NCBI RefSeq assembly: GCF_006345805.1
Contig: NC_043013.1
Coordinates: 1,054,001 to 1,118,000 of the forward strand
Direction of reading: 5' to 3'
DNA length: 64,000 nucleotides
Source: Octopus sinensis
Lineage: Eukaryota
The position numbers were made by a program, and so were the translations under genes. This document shows, piece after piece, positions 36,901 to 50,400 of this stretch (position 1 is the stretch's first letter; each line of letters starts with the position of its first letter). The notes under the pieces are model-generated. The model was not told the DNA's origin and ran no database searches. It saw only the letters and a program-made list of their open reading frames with translations.

Positions 36901-39900
36901 GTTAGATTTTCTTTGCTATCAACCCATCAAAGTTGGCCCATGATTCTATGAAACAAAGTTAAGGTTAACTTGTGTTCCAAAAAGAGCAAAGTTATTTTAT
37001 CCAATTCTTCCTTATTTTCACAAGTAACAAAAGGGTTAAATAAGGTATTCTTATCTAAAACAAAACAAATATAAAAATGTGAGAAATACATCAGGTATTG
37101 CATGTTATGAAATATAGTCAGTTTCATGAGACACTCTTGTAAAAACATTGCTTTTGTTTGAGAAACACTGCAGATGGAAATCTGTTTAGTAAGCAAGGAT
37201 GTGTACTTCTGAAAGTAGACTCTCTTCTCGATCACAACGATGAGTTATATGAGTGCACTAAAAGTGAATATGTAAACAAAATTCTTAATGCTTTTAAAAA
37301 CATTTTTTTTATAAGTCTGTCAAAAGTACAAACTGACGCCAGCACAACTGAGAAATTTGTCCAGTGCAAACTGAATGTCAAAAGTTAATGTTAAAAACTG
37401 TCTAAATTGACTGATTAGACTACTTTTAATTGTGGAAACAATTTGTTTGGTAGATAATTAATCATGTCAATAAGATTGATTGTATAAGAAAAACATTAGA
37501 TTTCAATTAATTTATTGGTATTTTTAAAAAAGTAATGTTTCAGCTGAAAGGATTGGAAACCTCTTCCGTACAAACGGTCATCTGACTGGGACATTCCTTT
37601 ATTCTTTCACTAAAAGAATAAAAGAAACTTTTCCACTATAGGCACAAGGCCCAAAATTTTTGAGGGGGAGGGGGGCAGTCAATTAGATCAACCCCAGTAC
37701 ACAACTGGTACTTAATTTATTGACTCCCGAAAGGATGAAAGGCAAAGTCAACCCCAGCGGAATTTGAACTCAGAACGTAAAGACAAACAAAATACCACGA
37801 AGCATTTCACTGAGCATGCTAACATTTCTGTCAGCTCGCTACCTTACCCAAAGAATTACACTGACCTAGAACTTATTCCAGTTCGGTACTTACTTTGTTA
37901 ATATCTATTTATTGAACCACTAAGTTATAGGGAAACATAAGCAACAACACCAGTTTTTTAAACCTATTTTAAGATAAGCACAGAGATATACTTAAACGAT
38001 GGGCTTCTGCACAATATTCCTCTGCCAAATTCCACTCACAAGGCATTGGTCAATCTACAGGCACCAACAGAATGTACTGTGTAGAGGAATCAAACCCCAA
38101 ATCACTACGTTATGAAGTAAAATTCTTAATCACATTGGTGAGGGGGGTACAGAAAGTTATCAGTTTTCTAGGAATTGAGCCACATTTCTATGACTCCGTA
38201 ATCTTTATTGATATTTTATAGATCAAGCATCCCTGAATGATAAGTCGTAACATCTTAAATACCCTTCAATCAATAAGTACCATAAATTCAAATGTACCAT
38301 ATTTACATAATATTGCTAATGAAACAGTAATGAGGTTCAGAGTAAGTTCCAGTTTAATATAAATTGCGATATTCTTTGATGTTGCAGCAGTGATTCAGGT
38401 GTTACACGAGTAAAACAAAATACAGGTGTTATGCAAATAACAGATTCAGGTATTATGTGAGCAATCAATTTGGGTATTGCTTAGTATCTGATTCAGGTGT
38501 GAGTAATTGATTCAGGTATTACATGACTAATCGATTCAAGTGTAGCATGAGCTCATGAGCCAGGTGTTGAGTGGAAAACTTAGGGAACAGTCAATCAATT
38601 TATGCCTTAAACTTCTAATTTAACGATTTATTCCAGCCTCAATCTTTAAATATTAATTTCTACATCAAATGTAAAGTTCCTGTTTTAGAAGAGATACAAT
38701 ATAAATTTGGAAAATTACCATTATAGGCATGAGAGTGGCTGTGTGCGTTGCCAGCGGTTACTAATACACTGCCAACATGTCCTGAAACCCCGTTGGTGGG
38801 AATTGTGCCACCGACGGTGGAAACTGTGACCTCACCCTATATAGAGGAGGAATTTGTAATCCTATTCCACAAGGGAGGGGCAATTCAAGAACTTATTTAA
38901 AAGTTTACCAAAGAAGGTCAGAGGGGAGGGGATCTAACCTGTACTAAGGACCCTGGCTGGTGTTCAAAGGTAGCTGTGGAGGTCGTGTGGGAAACAGATT
39001 TGTGCAAGGTGATGAACTCCTTCCCCAAAGGCACATTCCGCTCCCTGCTGAAGCACCCTGACCCAGCACCATTGACATGCTTGAGTGAGGAATTGAGCCT
39101 AGTCGGGTGCAGGCAGAGCGGAAAATAATGAAAAAACTTAAGAGGCTTACTGCCTCGTATGGTAGTGACATATGGCCCATTATGAAAAATGTAAGACGCT
39201 TAGTGCCTCATTTGTAAGGACCTTGGGTCTAATTGAATTAAAGTAAAGGTTTATAACCTCAATTTGTTAGAAAAGAAAACAATGTTTTTGGGAAGCAGCG
39301 ATCGGCGGGCATCGCTTGCCTTCCCTCACCAATTTCATTATTTTCTTTGTCCTTCATTTATCTTGTGTTTTGTCCAGCCCGCAGCTGCTTCTATGTAAGG
39401 CCTGTATGGCCAATTCAATGAAATAAAGTAGCTTGCTTACCAACCACATGGTTCTGGGTTCAGTCCCACTGCATGGCACCTTATGCAAGTGTCTTCTACT
39501 ATTGCCTTGGGCCGACCAAAGCCTTGTGAGTGGATTTGATTGATGGAAACTGAAAGAAGCCTGTCGTATGTATACATATGTGTATGTGCATATTTGTGTG
39601 TCTGTGTTTGTCCCCCCATCATCGCTTGACAACCAATGCCGATGTGTTTATGTCCCTGTAACTTAGCAGTTCGGCAAAAGAGACCGATAGAATAAGTACT
39701 AGGCTTACAACGAATAAGTCCTGGGGTTGATTTGCTTGACTGAAGGCGGTGCTCCAGCACGGCCACAGTCAAATGACTGAAACAAACGAATTAAAAAAAA
39801 AAAAGAAAGAAAAGAAAATTTTGTTTAAAAATTTCCCAGTTTAATAAGAGATTAATAAGAGATTAAAAACTCACCAAAGCATCTGCTATAGCAGCTTCTG

Positions 39901-41672
39901 AATCAGAGCCGGGTCTAAGCACTCTTTGGGTTATCACATTGGCTAGAAATAGAAATAGAAACATTTGGATTTTTCAAAAACTGTCTCACATATTGAACTC
40001 AAAAACAACATCTTTATAGGCCCTATTACTGCCTGGATATTGATTAGAGTTACCTGTTCCATAATCACATTGTACTTCAGAGCAGAACAATATGTTATCA
40101 AAATAGGCATTATGAACAAATTCCCTTGGTTGTAGAAACATAGAAATACAGATGAACTAACTCAAGACAAAAGCAACTGTTTTCCAAATTTACCAATAAT
40201 TATGTTGGCTGTTACTGAACAAAGCTCTTTGCTCAACAGTTTTGAAAGTACAGTCTTATAAAACATCCCTTTACATACTTAAAACTGATTCAGTAAGATA
40301 TTTCATCATAATTGATGTTCAGAAAAGGGGAAAAACTTACGCTTTTGTAGGGTCGAAAGTCTACTGCCACTTAATCGTCTCTCACGGCCTGTCAGAAGCA
40401 ACGAGAAAAGGGAGGTTCTGTTGAAATGAAACTTATGAGAAGGAAAAAAGTCTACATAATGACTAGAGAGAGCTATAATTTTAGAAAAAGATATTTACAT
40501 AATGAAACAATAAATGCAACAAAAATACCTTATCAGACAATATTTTACACATCACATTACAAGTTATTCTATAAATTACATCAGATTGCCAGGTAAAATC
40601 AAGCTTCCATCAATTATCAAGATAAATGTAAAAACCTCACCATAGGTTGACCGATTAGGACTGGTTTCACGACTAGTACCTTGACTTCTAGGTATAGCTG
40701 AACGCCTTGCTTTTGGCGTACTTATTGAGTGGTGTGTAGAGTGGTGAGAAGTGCCATGGTGACTGTAGCCTACTCGAGAAGATGGAGAGCCAGATCGGCT
40801 ACTTGCTGTAATTATATTGACACGAGTAAATAAAGGGCTCGCAATTTTGTTATTTTACGGCATTTTTTCACAAGTATAGACAATATATATATCTTTTTTT
40901 AATAGGGGGGACATTATAAAAATAATGACCATTTATTAGTTCAACCTTCATTTATGATAATTCATTGTTGTCTCAATCACAACCAATGCTTTTCAAAACC
41001 CAGTTTCAAAATACATTTTACAAAAAATAATATATATATATATATATATCCCTTAATATCGTTTTTTTCCTTTCTAGCAATAGTTATAATTTTAGGTGGC
41101 TATCAAACGCAAAACCCAAGAAAATACAAGAAAGGTAAATTGCTTCAGAAGTGTATTTCTGAACTTTTACTTTCAGACAAAATGCCAAGTAAATCAGAAG
41201 AAACCTTTTCCCATTTTGAGGAAATATTAACAATTATCTGAGGGTTTCTAAAAATAGAAAATTACTTGATGAAAGAAAATTAAAAACCAATTATGGGAAA
41301 CAGCTGATTAATTTAAGTAATGAATAAGGTGTTGAAAGAAATTGCTATTTCTAGTTTATTAAACTAAAACTGAACATTGCTTCTTTCTCTCTCTTTTTTT
41401 TCTTGGGTCTATAAGCTGTTTAGGTTGGAACATATAGTTTCCATGATGTCTAAATTACACTTCCCTCTCACTGGGACCAATCCATCACAGGCTGAGCCCT
41501 CAGATGTTGCCTGGACTCGTTTTCAGCAGAGCCGACTGGAATTGTGCGAAATGAACTGGGGTTTTCTTTTAAATTTTATTTCAAAGACACAAGGTGCTGC
41601 CTGGTCTCAGACTCAAAACTATTACTTTACAATGAGTCTAACATCATCTTAACACAAAGTCATGCACTTCTT

Positions 41673-41720
<48 letters not shown>

Positions 41721-43749
41721 TATAAATGAAGAGAAAATATTAGGGCTAAGAGGCAGTAAAAACCTGTATGTTTAAAGTGTTTAATAAGTCACATAATCAC
41801 ATAATTTTAACACAGACACACACACACACACAAACACAATACAACACAAATTCATATCACACAAAAAATACCAATTTTGTTTTTGTATTCATTAAATTTT
41901 TTGGTAATAAATTGATATCATGATGTTAAATTATGGCTGTGTAACAAAAAAATAATTGTGTAAAATATAAAAATTTGCATTCAAAATGTTTTTTAAAATT
42001 TTTTATTTATTTATCATTTTTGCTTTTTCTTTGCCTGTGGGCCCAATGAAAATGACAATTCTAAAGAATGATAGAATTCATAAAATCAGTTCATAATTTG
42101 GAATATGTTAACTTTTGCAGTAGAAAATTTAATTTCTAAACTTCTGTTTAGAAACAATCTGAATATTATGAAAAAGAAAACTGCAAAATGTAATATAAAT
42201 TAAAGATTAAGCCATAATTCTGTATTAGAGTTACGGTCTAAAAAGGATTGTACAAAATATAAAAAGCAGGAATTAAATGTCTATTGCAAATTAGAATTAC
42301 TTTGCAACTAAAAAATAAAGGAAATTAAAACAAATTGGTGTGATCAAAGGTGATTGAGAATGGACTAATTTAGTAATGTATTTGGCATAAAACTGCTGAA
42401 AATGGAATCGGTTAAGATTAAAGTAGCAAGAGAACACTTCACATTACAAATCAGCCACACTGATGACCAAAAAGCTCTCCATGCAGAAACATGACGGACC
42501 AACTTGACTCATCCACTCAAAGACTGTCATCCAAAGAGCAAGCCAGAAGAATACACAATCAGTTAAGTGGTATATTAAGTAGATTGGGTAGTTTCCACAG
42601 ACAAACCAACACTATTCACACAATAATGCTTTTTACCAGTTTTCCATTGTATGGAAAAGACTTTGGCCATATGCTGAATCATTAAAAATCTATACAGAGA
42701 ATAGTCATTTAAAAATACATATATACAAAATAATCATGAAACCAGCTACTTTTAGCTGATATAATTTTGTTTCTTTACTTTCAAAGAATGACCTCTATTC
42801 TAAACTAGGATTAACAAATTTAAATTTAGGATTAAGTAAGAGCCTGGCTATATCCCTAGAATTGACGAGCTGAGTTCAGTAAAGAATCTCATGCATATTC
42901 TTCAAGCTTCAGGAATCCAATCTCTTGGAACGATCAAAGTCTGAAAGAAACTAAACAATCTCTTTCATTGGTTCCAGCTAATAGTTGTGGTTGCGCTGGG
43001 CACAGCCACCTAACAATTTTTAAGGTCAACATTCAAAATAATTCAACAGAATGATTGAACTACATTAGTCAATGTAGCAGTCTTCCACGTAGCTAACGTT
43101 AAACTAATCAGTCATGAGGTAGAGCTGAATAACGAAGACTGTACCAATGCTAATTAAGCATTTAGACAAATGATTTAATCATTTAGACTTTGATATTTCT
43201 TACACAGCTTTTACTGACACAAACACAAATAGAAGGAAATTCTAAAAGTTGTTTCTACTGGTTGATGATGAATTTGTATATGGACCAGACATGGTAGTCT
43301 TACTTACGTTGTGACTGGGACACCCCTATCCTTGATCGTGTGCGCCCTCTCTCAGGAGATACCAGACCTGATATGGAGCTGCTAGCATTACTGGATGTCT
43401 TGTGACGGGCTGGAAATAAAACTCACTAGTCTACACCAGGAGCCATATACACACAGGTAGCAAATTCATGGCAAAAATGGAAAGAGATTATAGAAGAGGA
43501 CTAAAACAGGGAAGTAGTGGTGGTGACCAGTCAGAGAGAAGACCAGAAGACTAGCTGAGCAGGATTCCAAGGCACATGCTACATATTTGGTCGACAAGCA
43601 AGATTTGAGAATAAGGAAGGTCAATAACAATATCAATGTTTAATGCTCAAACAGGTATTAGATACTGCACATTAGTAAGATTGAAACACAGAAGACCTCG
43701 GTAAACAAAACTTGAGCCAGTACCATACGTACATATATACATATACATA

Positions 43750-43799
<50 letters not shown>

Positions 43800-46700
43800 A
43801 TATGCAGGGAAGCAATAACTCTATAAGATTCAAAATAGTCTATTAATCATTTAGCATTTCAATAACCCTAAAGTTGACAGTATACTTAATAGATAATATA
43901 TTACTATTGGAAGTACTAGCAAAGGTACTAATCATTAGTTAACAGGGTTGAAGTAGAAAAGCAATAAACTGCCCCCCTCCCCCACCCCAATAATTAAAAT
44001 TTTTTTCTTTTACCAATATTCTTTTTTTATATTTGAAGGCAAAATGTTCACCAAAGATAAAGAACAAGAGAAAATAAATGCCAGTATCCCATCTTGAACT
44101 AGGACAAGTTAATTACCAATAGTAAAAAAGAAAATTATTATTATAATGAGCTATCTATAAAAAATAAAAGAGGTTTAATCATGTAGAAACATGCTTTGTA
44201 AGAAACCAACTTAAAATAATCAAAATGTCAAAAGAGCAAAAGAAAATTTCCCAAGACTAATTCTCTCTATATATTATAAAAACTGAATATTTGATCTTTA
44301 AATAACCTTAATTTCTATGAAAAATAGCAAGAGTTTAAAACAAATTAAGTAAATTAACCATTTAGAGCTGTCCTTCAATTAGTTAAACAGGACAAGTAAT
44401 AAACAACATAGACACTGAAATATCACCTTTTTACCCAGTTTATAACTAACTTGAAAATGAATGTATCCAAGAACACAGTGTGTAAATGAAATAATTGAAA
44501 AGAGAAACTTCATAGAAAATTTGTGAAGTTGCAACCATTCTTAAACTTCAACATGATTTGGCAATTATTCAAAAGAAAGTTTCCAGTTAATCCATTCATG
44601 CTCAATCTCAGCCTTGGTTTTATAATGTATTTGTCATTATTTTAAGCACCAACAACCTTTCCATCCATCAGTTCATCCATCCACCATTCCAGGGAGGGTC
44701 CTAGGGGTAGAGTCGTCAGGCACCTCCTCCCTCCATAAGGTCCTATCAGAAGCAACTATCGTTAGAAATTCAAGGTTGGATTCCCAAGAGTGACCAACTG
44801 AGACTCTGCATATTCTTATCACCCCCCCCCCCATTCTTGGATTACCCTTAGGTTTCCTACTGGTTGGCTTCGTGTGAAGAATCTGCCTGGTAATTTGTTC
44901 CTGCAACATTCTAATTACCTGACTGCAGAGCTTGGGAGCTGAGACCCCTCAATGTGGAAAAGTAGCAGCTCAACCTGGGGAGACTCCCTGATCTCCAAGC
45001 TATGCACCCTGTTGAATAATGTTATTCCAGAGGTCCTTCAAAGGAACTCCATTTCGGCTGCTTGTATTCGCGATTCTACTCTTTTGGTCATTACACAACA
45101 TTCAAGACCATAGGTGAGGACAGGCAGGAAAACCAAACTGGAAATAACAAGTTTGGCTCTTTTTTTCCTCCCTTTAACGAGCCTCTCCTCTTCTGAATAT
45201 CAAATGTTGAAGCCGACACAGTACCGAGTAAATATTCATGATTTCTGCTATCTTAGCAGATTGGTTTATGAAAATAGCTCAAAACTTATTTTATAGACGA
45301 TCAACAAAAAAAGAAACAAAGGAAATATAATTAAAAAGAAAAATCATCCATGCAGGATCAAAATAATTTGGATAGTGGGAAGCTGACTACATCATGCTTT
45401 AGAAAATCTAGTTTGTTGCCTCATCTTTCTAAGTTTAAACTGTACTGGGATTGATAAAATATATAAAAATCACGATTGTTGCAACATCCCCTCCACCACC
45501 ACCACCACCACCACCACCACTACCACCACCACCACCACTACCAACTATGGTTTCCTCTTTAGAAACCAATATTCAAATAAATTCCACAAGGTTGATCAAA
45601 ATAGGAACCTCAAAATTATTCAGATTATCTCTTTTAAAACTCTTGAACTAGCTAATCTAACCGGGAGGAGCAATTTGTAATGAATAATTGAAGAGTGAAA
45701 TGTTTTTTTAAAAAAAGACAGATTATCGTAAAATTATGAGAAGATAGAGATGGAATCCTCAAAAAGAAAGGAAGTATGTAGCAATAGAAAAAAAAAACAG
45801 TTTATTAAAAAAAAAATCAAGATCAGATATAAATACAGTTATAAAGATTCAACTGAAAACTGCAACAAAATATAAAATCTACAGAATAATAACTAAATTG
45901 TGCAATTATTTAACCATAATTTAATAAACATATATTTGAGCAAAGAAATGCATTAAAAATTTACAGAATTTATTCTAGAATAGCATTTAAAGAATAAAAA
46001 TACAAATAAGTTTAAGATTATTACATAAGATGAAATATTAAATTCAGATTTTGTTTTCCTATTGGTGACTTTCAGAGATTTTCTATTCAAAACCAATAAG
46101 ATTAAAGAGATATTACATGAATAGGATAAAGATATATGGCTGAATTGATAGTTAGGGTTTTAGGGTAATTTAAAATAAAAAGGAACAAATTGTAATTTAT
46201 TACAATATTTAATTTTTAAATTTCCTTTTTCCTTTTTCTTTTCTTTTTCCAAATAATTACTTTTGCCTCCATTTATCAAAAAGGGTGAAAGTTAAAATTG
46301 ATGGCAAAGAGCTTTATAATAAAATGTTAATACAATAATGGATATTTTAGTTATTTTCAGTCATACTAATATTAAATAATATTTCACTTATTGCCTCTTG
46401 TTACTGATTGCACAGAGTTGGGGATAGTGTCAAGTAAAAAATCATGTTTTAAATTTCAATTCTGTAATAAAGGGATTCTCCCATATTAAGGAAGCATTGC
46501 ATTCTTGAAAACTTTGCTGTAAAATGGAATTCTGTACTGCAAAAATTAATTTCCCACTAACATCTATGTTCACTAACATGAAAGTCAATGAGAAAAGAGG
46601 TTTTGTGTTGCAAAATTCCATATTACAGCAAGGTTTTCAAGAGTGTAGTGCTTTTGTAATATAGGAACGCCAGTTCTTAGTTTCAGTTGAATACAAGAAT

Positions 46701-47420
46701 TAAGAAACAATTTTGGAGATGAAAGCTTTCACTTATTATAAATATACATAATATTTTCCTTACGCAGTGAACGTGTATTGTCTGGAGTAAGTCTAAGTGC
46801 TGTGGCCCTTGAAAATGAAGGATAAATACGTGCGGAGCCAGTCAGATCTACATCACTACTAGAGCGCACTATCCCACCCGTGCTGTTAGCTCTAGTACCA
46901 TCTGTAACAGGATAAAAATAAAAAAAAAAGCAAAACAAAACAAAAACAACATCCAAGCTATACAACGGGTATAAAAAATAAAAATGGCACAAAACAAGTA
47001 AAGGGTTACGACTGAACTGAATGCAACAGGAAGCGAGGAATAGAAACACAAGTGGCAAGAAATATCACCAAAAACCTCAGCTTACCTTCAGTATCATCAC
47101 CTTCGCCACCAACTTCTGGCAGAAGGAGCACAAATGGCAAATTATTGAAAAAATATATAAAGCAAGTCATGCAGGGAAAAAAAAACATTACAAAATAATA
47201 AAAAAAAAAAACAAACTATTTGCAATATAAAAATTCAGACATGGAAATTTTGCCAATTGGGAGATTAAATCAAAATCCAAACATTTATAAATAAATAATA
47301 TTAGTTTCATTTCAGGAGTGTCTCTTTTGTGCTGTTCTGGAATAATACTGGCAATATATTTGAAAGAAAATAATTGCAAGAAGTGGAAAATATGCAGAGC
47401 CACATGTGTGTGTGTGTGTG

Positions 47421-47457
<37 letters not shown>

Positions 47458-50400
47458 AAAAATGCAAATCGATTTCAACAGCATAAATATCAGTTAATTC
47501 TGTAGGGTTCTAAAAGAAGGTTCCAGATATGAAGAAGGAGAGAAAAAAAACTAATGATGGAGGATTTTTATTTATTTATTTATGCCCTCCACCCCTTTTT
47601 GAGAAATATAGACACAAGCAAACTTCCTAATCACAGAATTTGAATAATGTATTTATTGTTAATAAGTAAATAAAATTAAAAAGTTCATTACTCAAACCTA
47701 AACAATGTTATTATATGAAATAATCAAAACCATCAAATATTGAAATTTAAAATTCTTAAAGAAAAGTCTTTTTGAACATTTTCATCCCCAAAGTGTGAAT
47801 AATAACTGGCCAATAGAAATGCAATTAAATCTTTCTTTTAATTTTTTTTATCATTATTAAATTGTTTTTAGTAAATATTGACCCCCTCTCTCTCTTTCGG
47901 AGAGGCACTGAGCAGCTATACGCACACATACACACACGGCAGTAACTTCCACCTACCGAATTCAATCACAAAGCTCCGGTCGGCTCGGGGCTATAGTGGA
48001 AGACACCTACCCAAAGTGCCACGCAGTGGGACTGAACCCGAAACCATGTAGCTAGGAAGCAAGCTCCCTAACCACACAGCCATGCCCGTTGTGCATTGCA
48101 TTAATAGTACAAATGATTCTAAACTAATTGCATAACTGGATAATACATAATTTTTCAAACCAGAGTGACTGAAAATGAAGGTTAACCCCAATCAGGTTGA
48201 GAAATCGTTTTATTAAAATGGTAGGCAAAGAAATGGCCAGAAAGTAAATAGGTGAATGAAATAATACTGAGCTGTTCAAATCTGCCTCTTATTTAAAAGA
48301 CTTCAGGTGCACAGGCACAAACACACAGTCTTTGCACTTTGACAATTGTTTCGTTTCAAATATGCAGTAGTTTTCCTAAGAGCACACACACAAAGAGATC
48401 AGCAAAATCAAATATCTAGAACAACTGTTGATAGTTATATGCCTCAGTAGTCAGGAAATGCTATTTTACACTGACTATTCAATAAAAGTGAGACAATAGT
48501 ATGACATATACTTCAATAAAAAAGACATTTTTGCATCTATTATAAGAGACGTTTTTAAAGTCCACAAGCTAAAACCATTGACAGAATATAAAAAGCTATC
48601 GAAAAAGCAGTAGCTTTTCTTCTTTTTTATAAAGGATCTGTTTACAAAGTGTAAACAAAAAGATAATTTAGGTAAGTTCTAAAAGGTCAGACTACCTAAA
48701 TGTGTTTTTAGTATTGATAACTGCAATTAATAATAATCATTAAAACACTGAATTATCACTTGATCATAAAGATTAATACATCTCGCTTGTAATTAAACTT
48801 TTTAGCTGAACTGTTAAAGATGCAAGTGAATTTTAAAAAATAAAATAAAATTTGTTTTCTAAATATTTACAGGAAGAGATCATCATCATTTCATATCCCA
48901 CCCCACCCCACCCCCATTTGCATGAACTGGATAGATCTTTTGCAATGCCACTTATTACAGCCAATTGCCACTTCCCTGGTGAATCTAAGCATTCAAAAAC
49001 CAATTATCACCAATATTTTTCGGAACTACCTTAGTAGTCTTCTTCTTTCTCCTTACACTCCTTTCACTAAGTGCTTCTTTACTCAGCCGTCAACCATGAC
49101 CGGCATCAAATGTCCATACAACACTACAGTAAAGTTGATTCCTCTTGTACGTCATCATTCATCCGAGCCAACATTCCATACACATTCATCAGAGCACGCT
49201 GACCTCATTTTCCCAAGTTTCTGCATACCCGCTGCATTCAATGCTACCATGCAATATCACATATTCTGCACAAGAATCATATAATCTGCCTCTTACTCAC
49301 AGAGAAAATCCAGTTCTTGCCACTAGAAGTAATATTTTGCTGGCCATTTCTTACCTCATTCTGAAACCCCCACCTCCACATTCATAACAGACATAATCAA
49401 CTACTTCCAGGTATTTGAAAGAATAAATTCCATGGATACTGTCTTCTTGCTAACTACTCTTGTGCATTTGCTACTTACAATGCCCCTTCTTCTCTATCAG
49501 CCTGTCTGCATCTCTTGTGCACCCACAGTTGGGCATTCAATATAGAATTCCTACCTATACCTTTTCTGTATATTAGGAATGGCCACTAACTAAAACTGAA
49601 AAGTTGAGATTCATAAACTAACACAAATAACAAAAAGAATATTTTCAAATAAATATAATAATTGGTACTAATAAAGGCTTCAAATATTGGCAAAATTTGA
49701 ATGACTGAAGAAAATATTTTAAACAATAAACAGCAAATAACAATAAAGAAATAAAAAATTAAAAACAAAAAAGCAAAATACAACAGAACTAACAATCTTA
49801 ACAAAATGAGTTTGAAAGAACCTCCACACCATGTGATAAACCCTTAATATTTTACTCAACAATTTATGCAATTTAAAGCTGGTAGAATCAGAGTATAGGA
49901 AATAAAGTACCGGTAAAATACTAGGGGTGGTGGTATTGACCAACCCCTCCCCTCAAAATTTCTGGTCTTGAGCCTAGTCTTCAGTTTTGATTTTTCTTTC
50001 GTTTAAAAATTGAAAGACGAATTTTAGTTTAGGAATAAAACATCTGAGATTCTAATAACACTGTATAGGATTGGGCTGATTCAATGATTAAGCAATTAAC
50101 AAGCACATAATTATCAGAAACACTAGGAAACAGATACAAGTCTTTTGTTACGCCCCAACCTAGACTGAAAAGGAGTTGTGATATGGAATGACTCAATCCA
50201 AAAGATAATACTCCATTTGAGGCTATGGAACACCCTGCCATTCAGTAACAGACTGACTGGAATATCGAATGCCAGCAAACACATTCAGAAACATTCCATA
50301 GCCTCTTGTGTCCATCGTGTTCTGGTACAAGTTGGGTGATGGACAGTCAGTGCTGTAGATTTCCAGCCCAGTAGTTCTCAATGAGTTCAATATTCTTAAG

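Noticed and set aside
42870-42940. Strong acceptor (gtttagtttctttcag) that would give an alternative last exon HFDRSKRLDS-stop
   Set aside because: No donor, no clear poly(A) signal nearby and no similarity to CLASP; consistent with chance.
45451-45651. Poly-proline ORF
   Set aside because: It is the translation of a (CCA)n microsatellite.
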